Virus record (IMG/VR): IMGVR_UViG_3300045303_000182
Location: 32,001 to 96,000 of that record
Source of the DNA: a virus
Direction: 5' to 3' (one strand)
Length of the DNA: 64,000 nucleotides
Shown: positions 46,726 to 55,746 of the stretch, in pieces
Layout: every line of letters starts with the position of its first letter
How positions within the stretch are numbered: the first letter of the stretch is position 1
The notes under the pieces: model-generated
Seen by the model: the letters and a program-made list of their open reading frames with translations, nothing else
What the model was told of the DNA's origin: nothing
Database searches by the model: none
Made by a program: the position numbers and the translations under genes

Positions 46726-47754
46726 TCAGGACTCGGGCTTCCGCAGCTTCCACTTCTCTTCGTCCCGACGGGGAGTCCCAAGCCGAACGTCGGCGGGTGT
46801 CTCACCTTCGAATGGCAACCCCAACTGCGTACCGACACCGCCCGGACGCATGTCTTCCTTCACCTTGATCGACGGGTCGTAGCCAGCCTCGGCCAGATGG
46901 ACCAACGCCGGATGCGGCTTGTTGCGGAACGCGTGCTCGTCGCCGGTCCAGCCGTACTTCTCGCTGGCGGGTCGCCCGTTGAGCGGGTTCCGCGCCTGCA
47001 TCACATCCTCCGACCACGTCCTTGCCGTCTCGGGTAGTGCCCGATACGAGGTAGAGCCGACAGCCTCCACGTCGTTGCGATAGGCGAGCGTCTTGCCTTG
47101 CTCAACCAGATCGGTGGCCTTCTCGGCGTAGTTGGCAGCAGAATCAGACCAACGGGTGTCCTTGGTTCGCTCACCTGTCTCCCGGTTGACAATGTCGTTG
47201 TTGGATCGGTACGGACCGCCAGCGATCGACCCACCGGGCCTCTCCGTCATGAACGTTCCTCGAGGCGGGTCTGCCAACGTCTCAGCAGGGATGCGCGCTG
47301 GGTGCATGAACGGACGCGGCGCGCGTGACGCAGCGGCCTCCAGGTCACCGAAGTGCATGCCCACCGCCGAGCCGTAGTTGGTCATCGGGCGCTCTTGGGA
47401 GTCCACCGACCAGTCCCGGTAGTCCTCGTTCTCCTCGCCCTCGTCGTCGTAGTAGGCGTTGCCCCAGTCAGCACCTTCGAAGTCGGACGGGTCACTCGCT
47501 CGGTGCTCGTACTCGTCCGAGCGCGCAAGTTGCGAGTCCTCGGAGCCGTGCCAGGAGATCACGTCGTCGTGTGCCGGCGTGTCGCTCTGGCGCATCCAGT
47601 TCGACGGGTGGAGCCGCATCGGGTCACCCGTGTAGCCGCCAGTGGGAGCGAACAGTCGGCCCTGGGGGTGCTTCTCGGTGCCCTCGTAGGGCCGCGACTT
47701 GTCAGCAAGCCACAGGTGCCGCGTCTGTTGCGACAGGTGCTCGCCGTCAGCCAC
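46726..47754 (-). CDS. Putative ADP-ribosyltransferase (ART-PolyVal-like)
   Basis: WHGS...GMHFGDLEAAASR...YRNDVEAVGSTSY. Confidence 0.55.
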   Translation of the reverse strand: MADGEHLSQQTRHLWLADKSRPYEGTEKHPQGRLFAPTGGYTGDPMRLHPSNWMRQSDTPAHDDVISWHGSEDSQLARSDEYEHRASDPSDFEGADWGNAYYDDEGEENEDYRDWSVDSQERPMTNYGSAVGMHFGDLEAAASRAPRPFMHPARIPAETLADPPRGTFMTERPGGSIAGGPYRSNNDIVNRETGERTKDTRWSDSAANYAEKATDLVEQGKTLAYRNDVEAVGSTSYRALPETARTWSEDVMQARNPLNGRPASEKYGWTGDEHAFRNKPHPALVHLAEAGYDPSIKVKEDMRPGGVGTQLGLPFEGETPADVRLGTPRRDEEKWKLRKPES

Positions 47755-48013
47755 GACTACTCAGCCCACGGCCGAAGTCCTTGGCACGACCTCGCTCCGT
47801 GGCTTCGAACGCCTCATCCTCGATGCGGTCAGCGTGCTCAGCAGTGCCACCAACGGAGTGGAAGTCCTGACGAGCCTGCGTCCAGGCTTCATCCAGGTTG
47901 GCGCTCGCGTTGAGGATGTCGGGGTGCCGATAGTCAGCGTTGGGATACGCGGCTCGGTGAGCGGCAGCGGCAGAGACAGCCTCACGAAGCCTTTGGTCAG
48001 GCGAGAGAGCCAT
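47747..48013 (-). CDS. Hypothetical protein
   Basis: 88 aa; TAGCGT-6nt-ATG. Confidence 0.6.
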   Translation of the reverse strand: MALSPDQRLREAVSAAAAHRAAYPNADYRHPDILNASANLDEAWTQARQDFHSVGGTAEHADRIEDEAFEATERGRAKDFGRGLSSRG

Positions 48014-48025
48014 GACCGGACGCTA

Positions 48026-49627
48026 CTACCGGAAGAAGGGCGAATCGATGACTTCGACCAGCGGCACCGAGTCACCGATCGTGCAAGCGCAGGCCAGCGC
48101 AGCCGAGTCCACGTAGTCGTCGTGGGCCTCTCGCTCGCTGGGAGCCTCGATGAGGAGGTACTGGCCCTTCATCACCTTCTCAGCGTCGGACATCTGCTGG
48201 CGGAAGCGCCGCCAGACGCGCGTACGCCGCGCCTTGCTGTGGCCGGGGTAGATCAGCATCTGGCGCTGTGTCAGTTGGATGAGGTGCTTCCACCGCTCCG
48301 ACTGCGTCTTGGCGTCGCTGTTCATCGGGATGACCTCGCAGCGCGATCCCATCAGCCGCTGGATGCGATCGGCCACGGCGGAACCCATGCCCTGGGCGTC
48401 CACGGCGATGTGGGAGATGACATACGGGTCGAGGAACTCCATGATCTGGAAGTACTGCTCCTCCCACGCGGTGTTGTGGATCTCCAGCCAGTTGAGGATG
48501 CGGTGCTCGCGGTACCCGGCAGCGTCGGGGTGGTCCCAGTCCACCCAGCACACCGTCACGACGGTCGAGTCCTTCACACGGGCCGGGTCGATGCCCACGA
48601 CGCACGGCGTGCGGTGCCACGCCTTCATCAGCGGCATGCTCTTGTCGGCCAGCATGTCCAACTCGTCCTCGGTGATGAGCATGCCTCGGTCGAGCATCCA
48701 CTTGAGGCAGTAGCTCATCTGGAACTCTTCGGAGTCCTCCCCGAGGCGGTACTTCTCCTTCTCCACGAACTTGCGGTACGCCTCGTTGTACTTCGACACG
48801 ACGCGGTAGTCGTATTCGAAGTGGTTCGTGCGCCGGCCGCGCGCCCGACGCTTGTTGAGGTTGATGGCCTTGTAGAAGTCACCCTTGTGGTAGCCGGGGG
48901 TGCCGATCTTGACCATCGAGCCACCGGTCGAGGCGAGCATGGGGTGGATCGACTTGCGGATCACCTGCTCGTCAGCGTCCTGGCACTCGTCCACGACGAG
49001 GATGTGATACGTCGAACCTTCGATCTTCGCCCGAGGGTTGGCGGTGTGCCGACGGCAGCGGGAGCCGTTGGAGAGCTTCAACTCCCGGCTCTTGGCGTCG
49101 AGCTTGGTGGCGATCTCGGGATCCTGAAGGAAGTGACCGGCGCGGTCGCTGCTGAGGCGGTCGATCAGGCGGCGGTAGACGATCTCGCTCTGCTCATCGA
49201 CCGGGGCGAACAGACCCACCCACACGCCGTTCTTGAAGCGCTCCAGGATGGGATACGTCTTCGCCAGGATCGGGAAGAGGATCATCACCCCGGCCAGGGT
49301 GGTCGCCACGACCTCGCTCTTGCCTGACTGGCGGGCCAGGAGGCCGGTCATCTCCTCAGCGTCCTGGAGGACCAGGGACTCGATCATCCGGTACGACATC
49401 GCCCGCTGGTACGGGTAGAAGTCCTCGCCCCACAGTTCCTCGCAGAACAGGATCGTGCGCTTGACGAGCTCATCCACGAACCCGGCCATCTCGGGGTCGA
49501 GCAGGACGAAGGACTCATCCTCGGCCTGGATGTTCTCGCCCTCGTCGTCCTCAGCCTCCGCAGCGAGTTGCTCCTCAAGCTCTTCGTCGCTGGGGCCGTA
49601 GCCAAGGTCTTCGATGGTGACAGCCAC
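48026..49627 (-). CDS. terL: Terminase large subunit
   Basis: ARQSGKS (Walker A), VVDECQ (Walker B), IGTP, GIDPA, HDDYVDS nuclease motif. Confidence 0.95.
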   Translation of the reverse strand: MAVTIEDLGYGPSDEELEEQLAAEAEDDEGENIQAEDESFVLLDPEMAGFVDELVKRTILFCEELWGEDFYPYQRAMSYRMIESLVLQDAEEMTGLLARQSGKSEVVATTLAGVMILFPILAKTYPILERFKNGVWVGLFAPVDEQSEIVYRRLIDRLSSDRAGHFLQDPEIATKLDAKSRELKLSNGSRCRRHTANPRAKIEGSTYHILVVDECQDADEQVIRKSIHPMLASTGGSMVKIGTPGYHKGDFYKAINLNKRRARGRRTNHFEYDYRVVSKYNEAYRKFVEKEKYRLGEDSEEFQMSYCLKWMLDRGMLITEDELDMLADKSMPLMKAWHRTPCVVGIDPARVKDSTVVTVCWVDWDHPDAAGYREHRILNWLEIHNTAWEEQYFQIMEFLDPYVISHIAVDAQGMGSAVADRIQRLMGSRCEVIPMNSDAKTQSERWKHLIQLTQRQMLIYPGHSKARRTRVWRRFRQQMSDAEKVMKGQYLLIEAPSEREAHDDYVDSAALACACTIGDSVPLVEVIDSPFFR

Positions 49628-49634
49628 GCTGGGA

Positions 49635-49692
49635 ACTCTAGGCCGTATCCCGATACCAGGAGAAGACGCTCGCTCGGAGCGCCTCGAGCTCG
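49635..49692 (-). promoter_or_regulatory. Leaderless terL promoter with adjacent palindromic site
   Basis: TAGAGT-7nt-GTG; GTATC-CC-GATAC at 49645-49656. Confidence 0.6.
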
Positions 49693-49810
49693 AGGCCCCC
49701 TTGGTTGTCGCGGTTGTAGGGAGGAACGAAAGCGGATCCTCGCGTGACGTTGGTCACACTGGCGGGCACCGAGGGCAGAAGCTGCGTTCAGGCGTGTCCT
49801 GATCCGCGCT

Positions 49811-50044
49811 TCACTCCGTATCGAGGTACGAGGCGTCGCGAGGTATCACACGCTTGCGTGGTGGCTCTGGCTCTACGACCGGCTCTTCCACGTCGAGCTT
49901 CTTCGGCTTGCCGAGGCCGCGGTGGTAACCGGGGCACGCTGCCAGATGGTTCGCTACTGCCTGCTGCAGGGACACTCGCCTCATGTCAGGTGATGAGGTC
50001 CAGCCTCCGCAGTACTCGCAGAGGTGCCTCGCCTTGCGCGGCAC
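49811..50044 (-). CDS. Small Zn-finger-like protein
   Basis: CEYC...HLAAC. Confidence 0.55.
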   Translation of the reverse strand: MPRKARHLCEYCGGWTSSPDMRRVSLQQAVANHLAACPGYHRGLGKPKKLDVEEPVVEPEPPRKRVIPRDASYLDTE

Positions 50045-50512
50045 CTATTGGTCTGTTCGGCCGTCGTCCAGCAGCCAGAGCACGCACGACGCCAGGTCGA
50101 ACACGTCGCATGGGTGGCGAGTGTAGTGACACACAGCGCAGCGCTCGTAGCCGTTATCCGGCTGCTGGGAAGGGTCGTGAGCGCTCTGCAGGTCGAGGGC
50201 GAAGCGGCGCAGGTCGTCTCGACCCCAGCCGTTGACATCGTCGCGCGGCTTGGGGTGATCGTCCTTGCACTCGTCGCACGGCTTCATGATCGGTGCCGGC
50301 GCTTGGCCGGGGGCCAGGGTGAAGCCCATCGGTAGGTGGCAGGTGCAGTGGCACACGAAGACCTTGGGCGGCTTCGCGGCCACCTGGGTCATCGCATCGA
50401 CCAGCACCTGGCGCTGCTGGTGCGGCTCAAGCTCTTCGATCTGAGCGAGCACAGCACCCACCACGAACCGAGGGTCGGAGAAGTCCTGGTCGTCAGTCAC
50501 GGATGACGCCAT
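50045..50512 (-). CDS. Cys/His-rich hypothetical protein
   Basis: CHCTCH, CDEC, CAVC..HPC. Confidence 0.6.
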   Translation of the reverse strand: MASSVTDDQDFSDPRFVVGAVLAQIEELEPHQQRQVLVDAMTQVAAKPPKVFVCHCTCHLPMGFTLAPGQAPAPIMKPCDECKDDHPKPRDDVNGWGRDDLRRFALDLQSAHDPSQQPDNGYERCAVCHYTRHPCDVFDLASCVLWLLDDGRTDQ

Positions 50513-50762
50513 TCTCGTCCATGAACATGATGTCCATGCGCTTGCCGTTGGCCCGGAAGATGGCCTTGAGGTGCATCAGCAGATCGACCATCGGCTCGGT
50601 GTCGTCCTCGTAGCCGTGGCACTCGATGCCGCCGCGCTTGCCGTCGTCCAGGAAGACGATGCACTTGTCGCCCTCTCGGTGCTCGGGGTGCGAGTCGAAG
50701 ACCTCCGTCATCGCCTCGCACATCCGAGTCAGCCGGTCCGTCGGCTCTCGGTCAATCGCCAT
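50493..50762 (-). CDS. Hypothetical protein
   Basis: Start MAIDREP after AAGGAG. Confidence 0.55.
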   Translation of the reverse strand: MAIDREPTDRLTRMCEAMTEVFDSHPEHREGDKCIVFLDDGKRGGIECHGYEDDTEPMVDLLMHLKAIFRANGKRMDIMFMDENGVIRD

Positions 50763-51057
50763 TGGTGTTGCGCTCCTTGTAGTACTCCGATGAGGCCCGA
50801 GCGCATGCGATGCCCTGGCAGCCCTGACGCCTCCGGTAGAGCGAGGCGTCGGGGCATGTTGATGAGTCACGGTCGGGATCGACGCCACAGACGCCCTCGA
50901 CGTGAACCGTGATCTTCTTGGCGGGTCGCCCGCCCTTGCGTTGGCTCTCCAGTTGGGTGACGCGGGCAGTCAGTAGTCCCACCTGGAAGATGAGATAGTC
51001 GATCTGCTCCTGGGGAGTGCGGCGACGCAGGACGACCTCGCGGTCGTCAGTGCTCAT
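50752..51057 (-). CDS. Hypothetical protein with Cys cluster
   Basis: C..C..YRRRQGCQGIAC. Confidence 0.55.
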   Translation of the reverse strand: MSTDDREVVLRRRTPQEQIDYLIFQVGLLTARVTQLESQRKGGRPAKKITVHVEGVCGVDPDRDSSTCPDASLYRRRQGCQGIACARASSEYYKERNTNGD

Positions 51058-51398
51058 GAGATACGCACTGCCAATCCGCAATCAGCGCACCGCACAGGCG
51101 AGGGGATCTGAGGCTCCCACACAGCCGAGCGGCCGTCCTCGGAGCGGCTGTTGTGCATCGGGATGCGAATCTCCCGCCCGTGCGGACACGGCTCGTCGTC
51201 ACCCGGACCAGCACACGGTGTGAGCGGGTCCGAGGCGAGGAGCCGGAACATCTTCGAATAGAAGTCCGGTCGTCCGCGAAGCGCATCGGTCAGGGCGTCA
51301 GCCACTTGCTCACGCACGACCTGATCGATGTCGAGTCGCGCGATGGCGTCGGCCAGCGGCAGGTACTTCCTGTCGAAGCGCCGTTGGGAGGGGTTCAT
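51054..51398 (-). CDS. Hypothetical protein with Zn ribbon
   Basis: CAG..CPHG..CADCG. Confidence 0.55.
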   Translation of the reverse strand: MNPSQRRFDRKYLPLADAIARLDIDQVVREQVADALTDALRGRPDFYSKMFRLLASDPLTPCAGPGDDEPCPHGREIRIPMHNSRSEDGRSAVWEPQIPSPVRCADCGLAVRIS

Positions 51399-51709
51399 GA
51401 CGCCGTGAGCGGCTCGTTCAGCGACGGCACTACGGAGATCTCAAAGACGATGCCTCCGGGGGCCAGACCGAACAGGAGGCCACGCTCGTCCACCTCTTCG
51501 TGCTGCCACTGGACCGTGTCGCGGTTGGCGGCGGTGTCGCGCAGCCCCTCGATGAGGTTGATGGCGTCGTCGGTCGTCTTGGCGTCGAAGGTGCGGAGGA
51601 CTTCCATGTCCCCGACAGCGCCCTTGGAGAGCTTGACGGTGTAGTGGTCGTAGGTGGCGAACTCGAGGTCGAGCACGCCCTGGTTGGGATCAGGTGTAGG
51701 TGAGGTCAT
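51395..51709 (-). CDS. Hypothetical protein
   Basis: TATCGT-7nt-ATG. Confidence 0.6.
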   Translation of the reverse strand: MTSPTPDPNQGVLDLEFATYDHYTVKLSKGAVGDMEVLRTFDAKTTDDAINLIEGLRDTAANRDTVQWQHEEVDERGLLFGLAPGGIVFEISVVPSLNEPLTAS

Positions 51710-51724
51710 GCCGCAAACGATATC

Positions 51725-51967
51725 TCAAATCGTTTGCAGATTCAACTTCCGCTGCAAGGCCCGTATGGCACCCAGTTGCTGCTCGGTCAGCACCTCAAGC
51801 TGAGACAGCACCCACTCCTGGTCCAGTTCCGAGTGACTCAGCCCCCGGAACATCTCCCCGTTCCTCATCATCGCCGCTTCCAGCATGTCGATCAGGTCTG
51901 CCCTCGCGAAGCGATCGAACTTGCTCGGGGGTGGGAAACTCTTCTGCTGCTTCTTCCTCAGGGCCAT
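51725..51967 (-). CDS. Hypothetical helical protein
   Basis: 80 aa with GGAAGGAAG upstream. Confidence 0.6.
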   Translation of the reverse strand: MALRKKQQKSFPPPSKFDRFARADLIDMLEAAMMRNGEMFRGLSHSELDQEWVLSQLEVLTEQQLGAIRALQRKLNLQTI

Positions 51968-52214
51968 CGCTCTTCCTTCCCCACGCTCCGATCTGATTCG
52001 GATCGACCTCCAGGCCCCATGGTGTCACAGTGCTCTTGTACCGGCAGGTGCCGATGTGCAGCCAATGCTTATGTGATACCCGGATACGGAATGCGAAGGT
52101 CGAGTAGCGATAGGGGGGTAACGCCTCCTCCATCGTCGCCTTGGTCAGGAAGGACCGGTCCTGGGCGTCGCGCTCGACACCCCAGTAGATCGGCACGCCG
52201 CGTATCAGGATCAA
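51795..52214 (-). CDS. Hypothetical protein (3' end overlaps the next gene by 173 nt)
   Basis: TTGA overlap with the GNAT stop; EEALPPYRYS. Confidence 0.5.
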   Translation of the reverse strand: MILIRGVPIYWGVERDAQDRSFLTKATMEEALPPYRYSTFAFRIRVSHKHWLHIGTCRYKSTVTPWGLEVDPNQIGAWGRKSDGPEEEAAEEFPTPEQVRSLREGRPDRHAGSGDDEERGDVPGAESLGTGPGVGAVSA

Positions 52215-52627
52215 GACTGGTTCCTCTTCGGTAGGCGACCTCCGACCGAGCGTGCCCAGGGATCACCTGAGTTGGTGCGGAAGGACGAGTGTCGTGGCAA
52301 CGGTACTCCGCGCGTCTCGCCGGCAATCTCCTGAGCCTTCGCGTGCAGCGCCGAGGCGATGCCCTGCCGCTGGAACTCCGGGTCGGTGTAGACGCCCTTG
52401 ATCTCGCCGGTCTTGTGGTGCCACGACATCGAGGAGATCGGCCGAGTGCCGGGATCGACACTGGATCCTGCGTACTGGTTGCGCTCGGTGGGGTGCGCCT
52501 TCGCCCACGGTGTGTCAACGTCCTCGGGTGCCCACGCTTCGACGGTGTGCGTCGAGACGCCGCCCATCTCCTTCGGGTTGGCCGGGTGGAAGACCGTGTC
52601 GAACTGGGTCTCGCCTTTGGTCTTCAT
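52211..52627 (-). CDS. GNAT-family acetyltransferase
   Basis: VYTDPEFQRQGIASAL acetyl-CoA motif A; HSSFRTNSGDPW; start MKTKGE. Confidence 0.8.
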   Translation of the reverse strand: MKTKGETQFDTVFHPANPKEMGGVSTHTVEAWAPEDVDTPWAKAHPTERNQYAGSSVDPGTRPISSMSWHHKTGEIKGVYTDPEFQRQGIASALHAKAQEIAGETRGVPLPRHSSFRTNSGDPWARSVGGRLPKRNQS

Positions 52628-53019
52628 CGCACCCTCGAGGTGAGCGCTCTGCGCTCGGCATTGGAGGGAGCACTCTCCTCCTCGGGCGTCATCTTGCGGT
52701 AGCCGAAGTTGTCGAGCGAGGCGTTGATGTGTCTCCCCTTGGACGCCGCGCGAGCCATCGAGCGGTAGCCCTCGTAGGGCACTTCCAGGTAGATGTACGC
52801 CGGTCCACCGTTGCGCCAGGTGACCTGGATGGCGTTGTTGAGATAGTCGTAGCGGAAGGCATCGACCCGGCTGGACTTCGGCGTCTCGACCCAGGGACCG
52901 AGGTCGTGAGCAGCTTCGTTGAAGGCTTCGTCCAACGAGTAAGCGCCGGCGTGGACCTTCTTGCGCTGCCCAGCCTGCTGGCCTGGGACTCGGGCGACCT
53001 TCGGCTTCGCAGCGGCCAT
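52624..53019 (-). CDS. KTSC-domain protein
   Basis: SSRVDAFRYD..VTWRNGG..YIYLEVP..Y..AASKGRHIN. Confidence 0.8.
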   Translation of the reverse strand: MAAAKPKVARVPGQQAGQRKKVHAGAYSLDEAFNEAAHDLGPWVETPKSSRVDAFRYDYLNNAIQVTWRNGGPAYIYLEVPYEGYRSMARAASKGRHINASLDNFGYRKMTPEEESAPSNAERRALTSRVR

Positions 53020-53036
53020 GTGCGTACGCTAGCCGG
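53020..53036. promoter_or_regulatory. Bidirectional leaderless promoter
   Basis: + strand TACGCT (53025-30)-6nt-ATG; - strand TAGCGT (53031-26)-6nt-ATG. Confidence 0.65.
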
Positions 53037-53303
53037 ATGGACCTGGAGCAGGGAGTCTCAGCAGCCCTCGGAATCACAGTCGATCCCGACGGCGATGCCG
53101 TGGTGCTCGTCGTCATTGGGACGGAGCGCCATCAGGTGGCTGTGCCGATGACTCCCGAGGTGGCGATCGCCTACGGGAGGGCGATGAGGGAGATGGCTCG
53201 GGAGGCGCAGACCCTCCAGGACGAGCTTGACGATCTCAGCCCGGAGGAACTGCAGGACCGGCTGATCGCCATCCAGAAGCGGTACGCCGCTCAGACGAAC
53301 TGA
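53037..53303 (+). CDS. Hypothetical protein
   Basis: 88 aa, fits the gap. Confidence 0.65.
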   Translation: MDLEQGVSAALGITVDPDGDAVVLVVIGTERHQVAVPMTPEVAIAYGRAMREMAREAQTLQDELDDLSPEELQDRLIAIQKRYAAQTN

Positions 53304-53307
53304 TGTG

Positions 53308-54321
53308 TCATTTCCAGCGCTTGATCATCCGCTTGACGGCAGCGCTCATGCGAGTGCGCTCGACCTCAGCCGTCTCCTTGGTCGTCTCCAAGACCGCCAT
53401 GTCGGTGTAGCGCTCGAAAGCGTCGCGGACCCAGCCGACCACGGTGGCCGGGGGAACGGCCTCCAGTTCGAACTTTCCCGCCTTGCCGGCGACAGCAGGG
53501 TTGCCGTTCTCGTCCAGCAGGCCGAGGTCCACCGCCTGGTCTGCCGTGAGGCCCAGCCACTCGCTCTGGAGCACGTAGTCCACGATGGCTGACACCGGGT
53601 AGTCCTCGCCATCCAGATCCCTGGTCGCCTCGTTGCCGCCCATGGCGTCGATGAAGAACTGGCGGATGTCGGAGTCGCTGCGATCGATGCGCGTCATGCC
53701 CGAGGGGTCGCAGTCACCGAGGAAGATGAGGATCGTGCGCTGATGGGTGGTGACGAAGCGCTCCCTGGCGTCGATGGCCGACTGGCGGATGCGCTTGACC
53801 GGGTTGAAGCCCGAGCCAGTGATGAGGACCGCCCCGAACTCACCGGCCACGCGCTCCAGGACGGGAAGGTAGCCCGCTGACTCCACCCACAGTTCGATGA
53901 ACCAGTCCTGGTTCTGGCGCAGCGCACGACGGTAGGCGTGCTCGATGTCGCTCACCGTGGAGCGCCAGTAGTCGGCCGGGTCGTCGTAGCCGCCGATGTC
54001 GATGACGACGCTGCGGCCGTCATCGATGTCGTCCCAGTCGATGTAGCCGCTGCGACGAGCCGAGGTGATGAGGTCGGTGAGACGGCTGTCGTCAGCCTTC
54101 GTCGCCAGCCGCTGGCCCATCAAGCGGTAGAGGATGGCGCGCGGTCGCAGCGGGAGATAGGCGGCGTTGGTCGTGAGGATCTTCTTGATCTCGGTCAGCG
54201 TGGTGTCCTGCCAGGAGCCGGGGTTCGGCTCCCACTGGTACTCACCCAGCCCTCGGGCGCTGGGGTACTCGCGACCTGTGAGGCGACCGACGTAGCCCCG
54301 TTCCTTCTTCTTTCTCGGCAT
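53308..54321 (-). CDS. Toprim-domain protein (topoisomerase VI A/JetD-like)
   Basis: RAILYRL winged-helix Tyr, ELWVES, FLGDCDPSG, FELEAVP; TACAAT-6nt-ATG. Confidence 0.75.
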   Translation of the reverse strand: MPRKKKERGYVGRLTGREYPSARGLGEYQWEPNPGSWQDTTLTEIKKILTTNAAYLPLRPRAILYRLMGQRLATKADDSRLTDLITSARRSGYIDWDDIDDGRSVVIDIGGYDDPADYWRSTVSDIEHAYRRALRQNQDWFIELWVESAGYLPVLERVAGEFGAVLITGSGFNPVKRIRQSAIDARERFVTTHQRTILIFLGDCDPSGMTRIDRSDSDIRQFFIDAMGGNEATRDLDGEDYPVSAIVDYVLQSEWLGLTADQAVDLGLLDENGNPAVAGKAGKFELEAVPPATVVGWVRDAFERYTDMAVLETTKETAEVERTRMSAAVKRMIKRWK

Positions 54322-54342
54322 GCCGAGATTGTAGCAGGAAAC

Positions 54343-54363
54343 CCGCTAGCTCTGAGCTAGCGG
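54343..54363. promoter_or_regulatory. Operator-like inverted repeat
   Basis: CCGCTAGCTC-t-GAGCTAGCGG over the -35 zone of the Toprim gene promoter. Confidence 0.5.
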
Positions 54364-54439
54364 CTGTGTCACGATCATCCTGGCCGGGAGAACCGGGTGC
54401 CTCGCTGTCATCCACGGACGAGGCAGGCTTCTCCCGGCC

Positions 54440-54847
54440 CTACCGACCGGAGGCACCACGTTTGAACGCACGAACATTCGATGTCGCAGCCTTCTTCGGC
54501 GCGGTCTTCCTGACCGGTGCTGCCTTCTTCGGAGCGGCCGTCTTGCGCGGCGCTGCTGCCTTCCGCGGCGCTGCCTTCTTCACCGGCCCCGACGCCTTGC
54601 GGGTCCGCGCCCTCTGAGCGCGGACCTGTTCGGCGCGCTGGTACGCGATCAGGGCCTGACGAAGCTGCCAGTTCTCAGCCTGTAGCCGCTGCACGAAGAT
54701 CAGGTGGTTGTAGAACTTCGGCTCGGTCATGACGAGCACGACGGAGCGCGCGACAAGCTCGGTGACCACCTGCTCCAGGTTGGGTGGCACGCGGCCGTGG
54801 ACGAACGCCTGGACGTGCCTCATGAGGTCGTCGCTCTCTTCGCTCAC
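54440..54847 (-). CDS. Protein with histone H1-like PKKAA tail
   Basis: KKAAPRKAAAPRKTAAPKKAAP. Confidence 0.65.
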   Translation of the reverse strand: MSEESDDLMRHVQAFVHGRVPPNLEQVVTELVARSVVLVMTEPKFYNHLIFVQRLQAENWQLRQALIAYQRAEQVRAQRARTRKASGPVKKAAPRKAAAPRKTAAPKKAAPVRKTAPKKAATSNVRAFKRGASGR

Positions 54848-55746
54848 GGCTTGGTCACGTACTCCTGCTCCACGACACCGAACGAATCATCGCCGCGAAG
54901 GTGCTGTGGAATCCAGAAGCGGCCCTCGATCTTGCCGAACAGGAGTCCTTTGCCGTACTTCGGTCCGTACTCGGAGAAGTGCCCCCGGACTGAGCTCAGA
55001 GGACTCGAGGGCACCTGAGAGAGCGGAACGCCCATACCCCGATACGAGCGTGATACGGGCTTGATGTGGATCTCGTTCACTGTCACACCCGTGCGCGACA
55101 ATCGCCGTGCGACGGGTCTGCTCCGGGTCGGCTCGGCCACCTGGACGTTGACGCAGTTGCACATGTTGAAGGTGTCGAGCATGACCATCATCGCCGTGTC
55201 CCACAGCGTCGCGTCGAGGTCCGGGCGCACCTGGATCCAGTTGAGGTCCGCTATCTCACCGTCGGGGTAGATGGCGACACGCCACAGGTGCAGCGGCCCC
55301 TGGGTCCGCACGTACTCGCCGCCACCGCGCCCGCCCATGTACACGACGACGTGCATCACCCAGCGCACGCGGTCCCACTCGATGACGTGGGTGTCAGCCA
55401 GCGAGTCCCAGTACTCGATGACCTTCGGGTCGATCCGGTCGTTCTCCTCCTTGCTGGTGAGGTCGATCGTGCGCGCGCTCATCACGGTGACGTTCTCGAA
55501 ACCGTTGACGTAGCAGATGAGGGCGTTCTGCCACGGCGGGCAGATGCGGTGGTCCTCGTAGATCTGCCCGCCCTGCTCGCTGCTCATCCAGCGGTCCCAA
55601 ATGGCCGTGGAGTCCACCACGGTGGCCCACTTCGTCAGAAGGGCTGTGTCCTTGTTCAGGGTGTCACCGGGAGCGTCGTCACGCGGGTCGTAGACGTTCC
55701 CCATCCTGAGGTCACGCACGACCTTGGCGATCGCCTCCGCGCTCAT
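54844..55746 (-). CDS. Hypothetical phage protein (VRGH motif)
   Basis: 300 aa; SVRGHF..LFGK..FWIPQHLRG. Confidence 0.7.
   Translation of the reverse strand: MSAEAIAKVVRDLRMGNVYDPRDDAPGDTLNKDTALLTKWATVVDSTAIWDRWMSSEQGGQIYEDHRICPPWQNALICYVNGFENVTVMSARTIDLTSKEENDRIDPKVIEYWDSLADTHVIEWDRVRWVMHVVVYMGGRGGGEYVRTQGPLHLWRVAIYPDGEIADLNWIQVRPDLDATLWDTAMMVMLDTFNMCNCVNVQVAEPTRSRPVARRLSRTGVTVNEIHIKPVSRSYRGMGVPLSQVPSSPLSSVRGHFSEYGPKYGKGLLFGKIEGRFWIPQHLRGDDSFGVVEQEYVTKP

Noticed and set aside
47699-49327. Long + strand ORFs (also 37138..38604, 35186..36655, 18659..19777, 9050..10132)
   Set aside because: Antisense shadows of high-GC minus-strand genes with clear motifs; their translations are V/G/R/D-biased with no recognisable domains
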